A stretch of DNA of 48,861 bases from Betaproteobacteria bacterium (GCA_043779845.1 JAYWDK010000454.1:1-48861), one strand, 5' to 3'. Shown: positions 8,822 to 18,258, counted from the stretch's first letter. Numbers and translations: made by a program. The notes: generated from the letters alone by a model not told the origin.

Positions 8822-10450
8822 TCAATCCGCCACCACGCGTTGCACGTCGCCGCGCTCAAACAACTGGGCGCGCACGTCGTTTTTGGTGATCTTGCCGTAG
8901 CCCGATTTTGGCAAAACCTGCCAGAAGAATATCTGGCGCGGCCAGCGGTAGCGGGCCAGTCGGCCGTCCACAAAAGCCAGCAGCGCCTCGACTGTTACCG
9001 GCTCGGTGCCCGGGCGGCGCACCACCACGGCCACGCCCACCTCGCCCCAGCTGCGGTCGGGCACGCCCAGCACCGCCACCTCGGCCACGCCGGGGTGCGT
9101 GAGCAGCACTTCTTCGGCCTCGCGCGGGTGCACGTTGGACCCGCCCGAGATGTACATGTCCGACTCGCGGCCGGTGATAAAAAGCAGGCCACGCGCGTCC
9201 AGCACGCCCAGGTCACCGGTGTGAAACCAGCCGCCACGCAGCGCCTCGGCGGTGGCGTCGGGGTTGTCGTGATAACCCGCAAACACCGCTGGCCCGCGGC
9301 AGCAGATTTCACCCACCTCGCCGGTGGCTACGGGCCGCATTTGGGCATCGAGCACCGCCACCTCCATGCCGGTGCGTGGCTTGCCGCAGGCGCCGATGTG
9401 GGCGTTGGGGTCAGCGTCGTCGGCCGAGTGCATGTGCGCGGGCAGCACGGTGATGCAGCCCGTCACCTCGCCCAGGCCAAAGTACTGCACCAACACTTTG
9501 CCCAGCTTTTGCAGCGCCAGGCGCTGGTCGGCGCGGTACATCGGCGCGCCGGCGTAAATCATGAAGCGCAGGGACGAGTGGTCGTACTGGTCCACCGCCG
9601 GGTGCTCCACCAGCATCTTGACGATGGTGGGCACGGTGAACAGGTTGCTGACGCGGTGGCGTGCTATGAGTTGCCACACCAGCTCGGGGTCCATCTTTTC
9701 GGACGGCAGCAGCACGGTGGCCGCACCGCGCGCCACGTTGAGCAGAGCGTGGATGCCCGCGCCGTGCGACAGCGGCGCCACGGCGATCGACACGTCTTGC
9801 TCGGTGGTGCCGGGGATCAGATCGGCCAGGTGGTTGGTCACCACAAAGCTCATCTGGCCATGCGTCAGGATGCCGGCCTTGGGCTTGCCGGTGGTGCCCG
9901 AGGTGTAGAAGAACCACAGCGGGTCGTCTTGCGTGACGGTGGCCTCGAACCGGGCATCCATAACGACCGCGCCGAGGTGCTGCGCCACCAGCGCTTCATA
10001 CGACAACTCGCCCGCTGGCGCCTCGCCGATCCACAGCACCTGCCTGAGCACTGGCGACGCCGCGCGCGCAGCCATGGCATGGGCGGCAAACATCGGCTCG
10101 GCCAGCATCACCACGGCGCCACTGGACGCGCCCAGGTACGCCACCTCGTCGGGGATCAGCCTGAAGTTGATGGGCACCCAGACACAGCCCATGCGGAACG
10201 CGGCCCAGCCGCTCTCGAACAGCGCCAGGTTGTTGCGCGACTGCATCAGGATGCGGTCGCCTTTTTGCAGCCCCAGCCCACGCAGCGCGGCCACCAGCGC
10301 GTCCACACGGGCGTCGATCTGGGCCCAGGTCCATTGCTGCTCGCCCTGGATCAGGCCGACCTTGTCGGGCCACAGCCGCGCCGTGTGGCTGAGCAGCCGC
10401 GCCAGGTTGCAGGCTTGTGCGGCATGTTGTGCGGGGTGTTGGGCGCTCAC
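8822..10450 (-). CDS. Acyl-CoA synthetase / AMP-dependent CoA ligase
   Basis: YTSGTTGKPK P-loop, YFGLGE, GEICCRGP, GWFHTGDLG, ITGRESDMYISGG, LPKSGYGKI. GTGA overlap with the thiolase stop. Confidence 0.93.
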   Translation of the reverse strand: MSAQHPAQHAAQACNLARLLSHTARLWPDKVGLIQGEQQWTWAQIDARVDALVAALRGLGLQKGDRILMQSRNNLALFESGWAAFRMGCVWVPINFRLIPDEVAYLGASSGAVVMLAEPMFAAHAMAARAASPVLRQVLWIGEAPAGELSYEALVAQHLGAVVMDARFEATVTQDDPLWFFYTSGTTGKPKAGILTHGQMSFVVTNHLADLIPGTTEQDVSIAVAPLSHGAGIHALLNVARGAATVLLPSEKMDPELVWQLIARHRVSNLFTVPTIVKMLVEHPAVDQYDHSSLRFMIYAGAPMYRADQRLALQKLGKVLVQYFGLGEVTGCITVLPAHMHSADDADPNAHIGACGKPRTGMEVAVLDAQMRPVATGEVGEICCRGPAVFAGYHDNPDATAEALRGGWFHTGDLGVLDARGLLFITGRESDMYISGGSNVHPREAEEVLLTHPGVAEVAVLGVPDRSWGEVGVAVVVRRPGTEPVTVEALLAFVDGRLARYRWPRQIFFWQVLPKSGYGKITKNDVRAQLFERGDVQRVVAD

Positions 10451-11628
10451 TCGGCCGCTTCCAGCACGCTCAGGTAGTTGGCCACCGCCGCGCCGCCCAT
10501 GTTGAACACGGCGCCCAGCCGCTTGCCGGCCAGTACCTGAGGCACTTGCATGTCGCCCGCCAAACCTGTTAGCTGCATGGCCGCCATCACGTGCTGCGAC
10601 ACGCCGGTGGCGCCAATCGGGTGGCCCCGTGATTTGAGCCCGCCCGAGGGGTTGACCGGCAGCCGGCCGTCCCGGCGGGTGACGCCGTCCAGGATCACCC
10701 GGGCGCCCTGGCCGTGCGGCGCCAGGCCCATGGCCTCGTACTCGAGCAGCTCGGCGATGGTGAAGCAGTCATGCGTCTCGACAAAGCCCAGCTCGTCCAG
10801 CGTGGCGCCGGCCGCCGCCAGGCCCCGCTGCCAGGCCAGCGCCGCGCCTTCAAAACGCGTGGGGTCGCGGCGCGACAGTGGCAAAAACTCATTGACCTGG
10901 GTGTGAGAGCGCCAGCGCACCGCCGGCACCTGGGCACCGGACACCGGCGCCATGGCCAGCACCAGCGCGGCCGCGCCGTCGGACACCAGCGAGCAATCCG
11001 AGCGCTTCAACGGCCCGGCCACGAAGGGGTTTTTGTCGGACGGCGTGCGGCAGAAATCAAAGCCCAGATCCCGCCGCATGTGGGCAGAGGGGTTGTGCAC
11101 GCCGTTGGCGTGGTTCTTGGCGGCAATGGCGGCCAGCGCGTCGCTCTGGTCACCAAAACGCTCAAAGTAGCCAGCGGCGATCTTGCCAAACACGCCCGCA
11201 AAACCGCCCGGCGTGTCGCCCTCTTCCTTGACGTACGAGCAGCGCAGCAGCACCTCGCCGATCTGCGCGTTGGGCAGCGTATTCATCTTCTCGAGGCCCA
11301 CCACCAGCACACGTTTCAGGCGGCCGCTGCCCAGTGCGTCCAGCGCGCCCCAGATCGCGGCCGAGCCGGTGGCGCAAGCGTTTTCAAGCCGAACCGACGG
11401 CACGTGGCGCAGCTCCGGGATGGCCAGCGCGGCCAGCGAACCGCTGAAATCCTGGCGCACGAAGCCGCCGTTGAAGTGGCCCACAAACACGCCGTCGATG
11501 TCGGTCGGCGTCAAGCCCGCGTTGTTGATCGCCTGCATCGCGGCGTCACGGAACAGCTGCTCGGCATCCAGCGCGTCAAGTTTGCCAAACGGGGTGTGGC
11601 CCCAGCCGATGATGTGGGGAGTGGGCAT
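10447..11628 (-). CDS. Thiolase (acetyl-CoA acetyltransferase), SCP2-type
   Basis: ENACATGS (nucleophile Cys), ETHDCFTIAE (HDCF), VNPSGGLKSRGHPIGATG, C-terminal FNMGG in place of the classical CxG. Confidence 0.9.
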   Translation of the reverse strand: MPTPHIIGWGHTPFGKLDALDAEQLFRDAAMQAINNAGLTPTDIDGVFVGHFNGGFVRQDFSGSLAALAIPELRHVPSVRLENACATGSAAIWGALDALGSGRLKRVLVVGLEKMNTLPNAQIGEVLLRCSYVKEEGDTPGGFAGVFGKIAAGYFERFGDQSDALAAIAAKNHANGVHNPSAHMRRDLGFDFCRTPSDKNPFVAGPLKRSDCSLVSDGAAALVLAMAPVSGAQVPAVRWRSHTQVNEFLPLSRRDPTRFEGAALAWQRGLAAAGATLDELGFVETHDCFTIAELLEYEAMGLAPHGQGARVILDGVTRRDGRLPVNPSGGLKSRGHPIGATGVSQHVMAAMQLTGLAGDMQVPQVLAGKRLGAVFNMGGAAVANYLSVLEAAE

Positions 11629-11795
11629 GAGGGTGGGTCTCCGGGTGGGGCTGGAATGTTGGGGCGGTCGGGGCGTTGGGGTGATCCGGGCGGCTGTGCA
11701 GCGGCAGCACGGCCAATTGCCTCTGCCAGGCCCAGCATGCTAAGGGCCGCACCGGGCAAGCCTCACGCGCCAATCAGCGAGCACCGCAAAAACAG

Positions 11796-11810
11796 GTTCA
11801 CGATGTGGAC
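11796..11810. promoter_or_regulatory. Candidate IclR operator GTTCAC-N3-GTGGAC
   Basis: Near-perfect 15-bp palindrome between the divergent thiolase operon and iclR. Confidence 0.5.
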
Positions 11811-11826
11811 ACACCAATCAGGGTTT

Positions 11827-12687
11827 ATGCCTAAATCCGTTTCACTCGACAGCACCGACAAGCCCACCGATGTTGATGCGGCGACAAGCCCCGCGCCATC
11901 ACCCGAAACCGCCGGCGCGCAAACCCTGCGCCGCGGCTTGGCCGTGCTGCGCCTGCTCACGCGGGTGGGCCCGGGCGGCCAACGCATGGGCGAGATCGGC
12001 CGCCGCCTGGCGCTGAACAAATCCACCGCCCTCCGCCTGACGCGCACGCTGGTGGACGAAGGTTTTGTGATGCACGACCAGGCCACCGGCGCCTACCGGC
12101 TGGGGCCCGAGGCTTTTGCCGTGGGCCTGGCGGCCGAGCCCAGCTACGCGCTGCAGCGCCTGGCCGCACCGGCGCTGCGCGCGCTGGCGCTGGAGTCGGG
12201 CGACACGGTGTTTTTCACGGTGCTGCACGGCGTGGAGAGCATCTGCCTATCACGCAGCGAGGGCGACTTTCCGATCCGCAACCAGTTGGTCAAACCGGGC
12301 GACCGATGGCCGCTGGGCGTGGGCGCCGGCAGTTGCGCGATGCTGGCGGTGCTGAGCGACGACGACATCAGCCACATCCTGGCCAGCAACGCCATGATGC
12401 GTGCCGAGCGCTACCCCGGTTGCACCGATGTAGCCATCCGCCGCCTGATCCAGGAAACCCGCGAGCTGGGTTATTGCCTGAACCCCGGCCTGGTGCTGGA
12501 AAACAGCTGGGCCATCGGCGTGCCGGTGTACGACATCTTTGGCCGGCCGGTGGCGTCACTCAGCCTGGCTGCCATCGAGCCCCGCTTGGGCCCGGCGCGG
12601 CGGGCGGCGCTGGGCAATCGATTGATGCAGGCGAGCCGCGAGCTGGCGGGCTTGCAGGGCACCGTGGCGTCTACAGGCGACCTTTGA
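11827..12687 (+). CDS. IclR-family transcriptional regulator
   Basis: GAQTLRRGLAVL...LNKSTALRLTRTLVDEGFV...YRLGP HTH plus effector domain (PLGVGAGS, SLSLA). This is the real 3' part of the 657-aa ORF 10714..12687; start 11827 or 11803. Confidence 0.92.
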   Translation: MPKSVSLDSTDKPTDVDAATSPAPSPETAGAQTLRRGLAVLRLLTRVGPGGQRMGEIGRRLALNKSTALRLTRTLVDEGFVMHDQATGAYRLGPEAFAVGLAAEPSYALQRLAAPALRALALESGDTVFFTVLHGVESICLSRSEGDFPIRNQLVKPGDRWPLGVGAGSCAMLAVLSDDDISHILASNAMMRAERYPGCTDVAIRRLIQETRELGYCLNPGLVLENSWAIGVPVYDIFGRPVASLSLAAIEPRLGPARRAALGNRLMQASRELAGLQGTVASTGDL

Positions 12688-12784
12688 TCGCCGGTGTGCC
12701 CGACGGCCGAACAAACCGCCAGATTGGGCAAACCATTGCGGATCCGCCCCCGGACGTGGCGAAAATCCAATGGCAGCAAAAACC

Positions 12785-15214
12785 TCAGCGTGGCTTGCGG
12801 CTGCCGACCGGGCGGGCGCCAACCGGTTTGCGCGGCTTGGCACCCGTGTCGCGCGGCGGCAGACCGGTGTGCTGGGTGAGCAGCGTGCCGCGGCGCGGCA
12901 CAACGGCGCGTTGAGGCGCCGAGGCGGTGCTTGACGCCACAGGCTTGGCCGCCGAGTAGGCGTTGCCACTGCGCTTTGCCTGCTCCGCCGGCACCGTGCC
13001 CTCGGGCTGGTAGCTGGGGATCAGGTGCCGCTTGCCATTGCCAATCAGATCGGCATGGCCCATGGTGGCCAGGGCCTCGCGCAGCAGCGGCCAGTTGGCC
13101 GCGTCGTGGTAGCGCAAAAAGGCTTTGTGCAGCTTGCGCCGGCGCTCGCCGCGCACGATGTCCACCGTCTCGACCTTGGCCGGGTCACGGCTCAGGCCCT
13201 TCAGCGGGTTGCGGCCACTGTGGTACATGGCCGTGGCGGTGGCCATGGGGCTGGGGTAAAAGGTTTGCACCTGGTCGGCCCTGAAGCCGTTGCGCTTGAG
13301 CCAAAGCGCCAGGTTGAGCATGTCTTCGTCGCTGGTGCCGGGGTGGGCGGCGATGAAGTACGGCACCAAAAACTGCTGCTTGCCGGCCTCGGCGCTGAAC
13401 TTGTCAAACAGCGCCTTGAAGCGGTCGTAGCTGCCGATGCCGGGCTTCATCATCATCGACAAGGGCCCACCCTCGGTGTGCTCGGGCGCGATCTTGAGAT
13501 AACCACCAACGTGATGGGTCACCAGCTCACGGATGTACTCGGGCGACTTCAGCGCCAGGTCGTAGCGCAGCCCTGAGCTGATCAGGATCTTTTTGACGCC
13601 CTTGAGCGCGCGCGCCCGGCGGTACATCTTGATCAGCGGGTTGTGGTCGGTGTGCAGGTTGGGACAAATGCCCGGGAAAACGCAGCTGGGCTTGCGGCAC
13701 GCGGCCTCAATCGCCGGGCTCTTGCAACCCAGGCGGTACATATTGGCGGTGGGGCCGCCCAGATCGGACACCACGCCGGTGAAGCCCGTGACCTGGTCTC
13801 GCATGGCCTCGATTTCGCGGATCACCGAGTCTTCACTGCGGCTCTGGATGATGCGGCCCTCGTGCTCGGTGATCGAGCAAAAGCTGCAGCCGCCAAAGCA
13901 GCCGCGCATGATGTTGACCGAGAAGCGGATCATTTCCCAGGCGGGGATCTTGGTGCTGGCATCAAACCCGCCTGACGCGTCGGCGTGGCGTGGGTGCGGG
14001 CTACGGGCGTAGGGCAGGTCAAACACAAAGTCCATCTCGGCGGTGGACAAGGGGATCGGTGGTGGGTTGATCCACACGTCGCGCCCGCCGTGGCGCTGCA
14101 CCAGCGCGCGCGCATTGCCGGGGTTGGTTTCCAGGTGCAGCACGCGGTTGGCGTGGGCGTACAGCACGGCGTCACGCTTGACTTGCTCGTAGCTGGGCAG
14201 GCGGATCACGCAACGCTCACGCGGGGGCATCTTGATGCGGCCAGTGGCCGGGGCGAGCCGGGCGCCCGCGCTGCGCACAAAGACGATGGGCTGGGCTGCA
14301 CCCGACAGCGTGGGGGAGCCCATGGCGCCGCCATCGGCACGGTCTTTGACACCGTCCTTCGCACCGTCTTTCACACCGTCTTTGGCACATTCAACCCCCT
14401 GCCCCGCCGCCTGTTCGGCCGTGGTTTGGTAGGGGTTGATGTGCTCGTCGATGCGGCCCGGCAAGTCCACTTCGCTGGCGTCGATCTCGAACCAGCCTGC
14501 GGCTGACTCGTCGTCATCGCGGCGCAGGAACGAGGTGCCGCGCACGTCGGTGATCTGCTGCACAGTCTCGCGCGCGGCCAACCGGTGGGCGATCTCGACG
14601 ATGGCGCGCTCGGCGTTGCCGTACAGCAGCAAATCCGCCTGGGCGTCCACCAAAATCGAGCGCCGCACCTTGTCTTGCCAGTAGTCGTAATGGGCGATGC
14701 GCCGCAAGCTGCCCTCGATGCCGCCCAGCACGATGGGCACATCAGCAAAGGCCTCGCGGCAGCGCTGGGTGTAGACCAGCGAGCAGCGGTCCGGCCGCGC
14801 GCCGGCCACGCCGCCGGGCGTGTAAGCATCGTCGCTGCGCGCGCGGCGGTCGGCGGTGTAGCGGTTGATCATCGAATCCATGTTGCCGGCGGTGACGCCA
14901 AAAAACAGGTTCGGCGCGCCGAGCGCCTTGAAGGCCTCCACGCTTTGCCAGTCAGGCTGGTCGATGATGCCAACGCGAAACCCTTGCGCTTCAAGCATGC
15001 GGCCAATCACCGCCATGCCGAAGCTGGGGTGGTCCACATACGCGTCGCCGGTGACGATGATGACGTCGCAACTGTCCCAACCCAGCAGGTCCATCTCGGC
15101 GCGCGAGGTGGGCAAAAACGGGGCCGTGCCAAAACGCTTGGCCCAGTACGGCCGGTAGCTCGTCAGCGGCTTGGCGGCTTGGCCGGCGGTGGGGGAAACA
15201 GAGACAACGGACAC
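12785..15214 (-). CDS. ygiQ: YgiQ-family (UPF0313) radical SAM protein
   Basis: [52 protein letters not shown] (CxxxCxxC), [37 protein letters not shown]. Confidence 0.92.
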   Translation of the reverse strand: MSVVSVSPTAGQAAKPLTSYRPYWAKRFGTAPFLPTSRAEMDLLGWDSCDVIIVTGDAYVDHPSFGMAVIGRMLEAQGFRVGIIDQPDWQSVEAFKALGAPNLFFGVTAGNMDSMINRYTADRRARSDDAYTPGGVAGARPDRCSLVYTQRCREAFADVPIVLGGIEGSLRRIAHYDYWQDKVRRSILVDAQADLLLYGNAERAIVEIAHRLAARETVQQITDVRGTSFLRRDDDESAAGWFEIDASEVDLPGRIDEHINPYQTTAEQAAGQGVECAKDGVKDGAKDGVKDRADGGAMGSPTLSGAAQPIVFVRSAGARLAPATGRIKMPPRERCVIRLPSYEQVKRDAVLYAHANRVLHLETNPGNARALVQRHGGRDVWINPPPIPLSTAEMDFVFDLPYARSPHPRHADASGGFDASTKIPAWEMIRFSVNIMRGCFGGCSFCSITEHEGRIIQSRSEDSVIREIEAMRDQVTGFTGVVSDLGGPTANMYRLGCKSPAIEAACRKPSCVFPGICPNLHTDHNPLIKMYRRARALKGVKKILISSGLRYDLALKSPEYIRELVTHHVGGYLKIAPEHTEGGPLSMMMKPGIGSYDRFKALFDKFSAEAGKQQFLVPYFIAAHPGTSDEDMLNLALWLKRNGFRADQVQTFYPSPMATATAMYHSGRNPLKGLSRDPAKVETVDIVRGERRRKLHKAFLRYHDAANWPLLREALATMGHADLIGNGKRHLIPSYQPEGTVPAEQAKRSGNAYSAAKPVASSTASAPQRAVVPRRGTLLTQHTGLPPRDTGAKPRKPVGARPVGSRKPR

Positions 15215-15308
15215 GGTGGCGGGCTTAGGCTAAAACGCTTGATTTTCGCCTGGATTTGCGTCTTGGCGTGGCTTGGGGCCATCGGGCATCGAAGTGGCCG
15301 AGGCCATG

Positions 15309-15345
15309 TTCCATTTAATTGGAAAAATATCCACTAAACTGGATA
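15309..15345. promoter_or_regulatory. Twin palindromic operators TCCA-N6-TGGA upstream of the XRE regulator
   Basis: TTCCA-tttaat-TGGAA (15309-15324) and TATCCA-ctaaac-TGGATA (15328-15345), 20 bp apart, in an AT-rich patch next to the ATG. Confidence 0.65.
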
Positions 15346-15346
15346 A

Positions 15347-15967
15347 ATGAATCCAGCCGGCACCGACATCAATGCACGCATCGCCCGCCGCGTGCATGAG
15401 CTGCGTTATGCCCAGGGCTTGTCGCTTGATGCGCTGGCCCAGCGCAGCGGGGTCAGCCGGTCCAACATCTCGCTGATCGAGCGTGGCCAAAGCAGCCCCA
15501 CCGCCACGGTGCTCGACAAATTGGCCACCGGCCTGGGCGTCAGCGTGGCCTCGTTGTTTGAGCCTGATACGGCCGCGAGCATGGCGCCGTCGCCGCTGGC
15601 CCGGGTGGCCGATCAGCCGCTCTGGACCGACCCCGGCTCGGGCTACCTGCGCCGCAATGTGTCGCCGCCTGGCGCGCAGTCGCCCATCCAGCTGGTGGAC
15701 GTTGTGTTTTCGCCGGGCCAGCGCGTGGCGTTTGACACCGCTGCGCGCACGCCTGAGATCCACCAGCAAGTCTGGATGATCGACGGCACGATGGACGTGA
15801 CCGTGGGCGGCACGCCCTGGCGCTTGCAGGCCGGTGATTGCCTGGCCATGCGCCTGGATCAGCCCATCGTCTACCAAAACCCCAGCCGCCAACCCGCGCG
15901 CTACCTGGTGGCGCTGGTGAGCCTGCCCTTTTCATCCCCACTCACACCACAACGCAACAGCCCATGA
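15347..15967 (+). CDS. XRE-family HTH regulator with C-terminal cupin domain
   Basis: LSLDALAQRSGVSRSNISLIERGQSSPTATVLDKLATGLGV HTH_3, then a cupin region (QQVWMIDG...LQAGDCL). Confidence 0.92.
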   Translation: MNPAGTDINARIARRVHELRYAQGLSLDALAQRSGVSRSNISLIERGQSSPTATVLDKLATGLGVSVASLFEPDTAASMAPSPLARVADQPLWTDPGSGYLRRNVSPPGAQSPIQLVDVVFSPGQRVAFDTAARTPEIHQQVWMIDGTMDVTVGGTPWRLQAGDCLAMRLDQPIVYQNPSRQPARYLVALVSLPFSSPLTPQRNSP

Positions 15968-16503
15968 CTGACAACATCACCCTGCGCCGCGTTGGCGCTG
16001 CCGAAGCCACTGACCACGCCGAGCCGCTGGCCCAGCACTTGGCCAACGTGCTGCTGGACTGCGTTGAAGGCGGTGCGTCGGTAGGCTTCATGGAGCCGCT
16101 GCCACGCGACAAGGCGCTGGCATTTTGGCGCGGCGTGATCAGCGGCGTGGCGCGTGGTGAGCGGGTATTGCTGGTGGCGCAAACCAGCGCCGGGCAAGTG
16201 GTGGGCACGGTGCAGGTGGTCCTGAGCCAGCCCGACAACCAGCCCCACCGCGCCGACATCGCCAAGATGCTGGTGCACCGCAGCGCCCGCCGGCAAGGCC
16301 TGGCGCAGCGGCTGATGGCCGCCGCCGACAGCGCGGCGCGCATTGAGGGCAAAACCGTGCTGGTGCTGGACACGGTGACCGGCGGTGATGCCGAGCGGCT
16401 GTACCAGCGCGCCGGATGGCAGCGGGTGGGCGAGGTGCCGATGTATGCGCTGATGCCCAATGGCGATGTTTGCGGCACGACGTTTTTTTACAAACACCTC
16501 TGA
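15964..16503 (+). CDS. GNAT acetyltransferase resembling the tabtoxin-resistance protein Ttr family
   Basis: CVEGGASVGFM, RADIAKMLVHRSARRQGLA (motif A), LVLDTVTG..AERLY, VG..P.YAL.P.G. ATGA overlap with the XRE stop places the start at 15964. Confidence 0.88.
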   Translation: MTDNITLRRVGAAEATDHAEPLAQHLANVLLDCVEGGASVGFMEPLPRDKALAFWRGVISGVARGERVLLVAQTSAGQVVGTVQVVLSQPDNQPHRADIAKMLVHRSARRQGLAQRLMAAADSAARIEGKTVLVLDTVTGGDAERLYQRAGWQRVGEVPMYALMPNGDVCGTTFFYKHL

Positions 16504-16668
16504 CCGTGGGCCACAACCGGCTCAAGCACGCCAGCACCGATCCTGGCCAGGGTCGGGCGGGCCAAGGGTTTCGGCATGACGAATCGACCGCTCCAAAATG
16601 ACGACTTCCACCCACGTGGCAATCTGTCTAGACTGCCCGCCCCAGCTGAAACAACCCCTGAAGACAAC

Positions 16669-17466
16669 ATGACATCCAAACTTTCAAGCGCCCCTGTGGC
16701 CGTGATCACCGGCGGCGCGCGGGGCATCGGCCTGGCCGTGGCGCAGTGGTTTTTGAACCAGGGCCACCGCGTGGCGCTGTGGGACATTGACGCCGTCACG
16801 CTGTTGGCCACCGACAAAACGCTGAACGACCCCAACCGCGTGCTGGTTGTGCATTGCGACGTATCGCGCCCCGAGCAAGTGGCTGCCGCCACCGAGCAAA
16901 CCGCCGCCCACTTTGGCCGCATCGACGCGCTGGTCAACAACGCCGGCGTGGCCGTGTTCAAGCCGATTGGTCAGACTACTTTTGAGGACTGGCAAACCGT
17001 GCTGGCCACCAACCTGAACGGGCCGTTTTTGTGCACCCAGGCTATCGCGCCGGTGATGCTCAAAACCGGCGGCGGCGCGGTGGTCAACATCGCCTCCATC
17101 TCGGGCCTGCGCGCCAGCACGCTGCGCGTGGCTTACGGCACCAGCAAGGCCGCGCTGATCCACCTGACCAAGCAGCAGGCCACCGAGCTGGGAACGGTGG
17201 GCATCCGCGTCAACGCCATCGCCCCCGGGCCGGTGGAAACCGAGATGGCCAAGCTGGTGCACAGCGTGGCGATCCGCTCGGACTACCACGACGTGATCCC
17301 GCTGGAGCGCTACGGCAGCACCGAAGAGATCGCCAACGCGGTGGGCTTTTTGTGCAGCTCGGCCGCCAGCTACATCAACGGCCAGGTGCTGGCGGTGGAC
17401 GGTGGTTTTGACGCGGCGGGCGTGGGCTTGCCCACCTTGCGCAAGACGGCGACCGCGGGCGGCTGA
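16669..17466 (+). CDS. Classical short-chain dehydrogenase/reductase (probably NAD-preferring)
   Basis: TGGARGIG, acidic residue after beta2 (WDID), NNAG, YGTSK, VNAIAPG, VDGG. Start at ATG 16669 chosen over 16576. Confidence 0.92.
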   Translation: MTSKLSSAPVAVITGGARGIGLAVAQWFLNQGHRVALWDIDAVTLLATDKTLNDPNRVLVVHCDVSRPEQVAAATEQTAAHFGRIDALVNNAGVAVFKPIGQTTFEDWQTVLATNLNGPFLCTQAIAPVMLKTGGGAVVNIASISGLRASTLRVAYGTSKAALIHLTKQQATELGTVGIRVNAIAPGPVETEMAKLVHSVAIRSDYHDVIPLERYGSTEEIANAVGFLCSSAASYINGQVLAVDGGFDAAGVGLPTLRKTATAGG

Positions 17467-17484
17467 AAGGCGCGGTGGCGCAGA

Positions 17485-18258
17485 TCAGCTGCGCCGCCGC
17501 ATCGATTCATACAAGCACACCGCCGCCGCCGCCGCCACGTTGAGCGACTCCTCGCCGCCCGGCTGGGGGATGCGCAGCACCAAGGCGCAGCGCGCCAGCA
17601 GCGCTGGCGCCACGCCCTGCCCTTCATGGCCCAGCACCCAGGCGCAGGGCTGGGGCAGCGGCGCGTTGGGCAGCAGCACATCGGTCTCAAGCGAGGTGCC
17701 CACCAGCGGCACCGTCAGCGCGGCCAGATCATCCAGCGACAAACCTTCGACCAGACGCAGGCCAAAATGCGCGCCCATGCCGGCGCGCAAGACCTTGGGC
17801 GACCACAGCGCCGCCGTGCCTTGCAGCGCCAGCACCTGGCCCACGCCAAAAGCTGTGGCCGTGCGCAAGATGCTGCCCACGTTGCCGGCGTCTTGAACGC
17901 GGTCCAGCACCACGCTGGCAACACCCGGGTCAAGTCGGCCGGAGGCCGGCAAGGGCAGCACAAAACCCAGGCGCGCGGGCGACTCCAGCGCGCTGAGTCC
18001 GTCAAACAGCGTATCGGGCACCAGCACCACCCGGGTGGCCCATTGGGCCAACGCACGCAAGCCGGGCTGGGCCCAGGCGCTTTGTGCCACAACGGCCTGG
18101 GCAGGCCGCTGGCCGCGCGCTTGCAGGGCCGCGCACAGGTGCTCGCCTTCCAGCCACACCGAGCCCAGCTTGCGGTAGGCGCCCGGGTCGCGGGCCAGCT
18201 TGCGCAGCGTCACGAGCAAGGGGTTGTCGCGTGAACTCACCAGCACCGGCTCAGCCAT
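17485..18258 (-). CDS. TrmH/SpoU-family RNA methyltransferase
   Basis: [52 protein letters not shown]. Confidence 0.92.
   Translation of the reverse strand: MAEPVLVSSRDNPLLVTLRKLARDPGAYRKLGSVWLEGEHLCAALQARGQRPAQAVVAQSAWAQPGLRALAQWATRVVLVPDTLFDGLSALESPARLGFVLPLPASGRLDPGVASVVLDRVQDAGNVGSILRTATAFGVGQVLALQGTAALWSPKVLRAGMGAHFGLRLVEGLSLDDLAALTVPLVGTSLETDVLLPNAPLPQPCAWVLGHEGQGVAPALLARCALVLRIPQPGGEESLNVAAAAAVCLYESMRRRS

Noticed and set aside
8840-10477. Long antisense ORFs (545 aa here; also 99..1178, 6427..7692, 19287..20963, 20633..21946, 35647..37236, 41011..42234)
   Set aside because: Stop-poor reverse frames of well-supported genes are expected in high-GC DNA; they are rich in H/Q/R/G and show no family motifs.
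10714-11826. 657-aa ORF suggesting an IclR with a huge N-terminal extension
   Set aside because: The upstream 371 codons are mostly the antisense shadow of the thiolase plus intergenic sequence; the IclR HTH only starts after 11827.
12758-15250. 10-bp inverted match GGCGAAAATC (12758-12767) / GATTTTCGCC (15241-15250) flanking ygiQ
   Set aside because: Too short, with no transposase or target duplication; plausible by chance.
15230-15307. 25-codon minus-strand mini-ORF (MASATSMPDG...) between the XRE operators and ygiQ
   Set aside because: No recognisable motif or clear RBS; cannot be supported as a gene or leader peptide from sequence alone.
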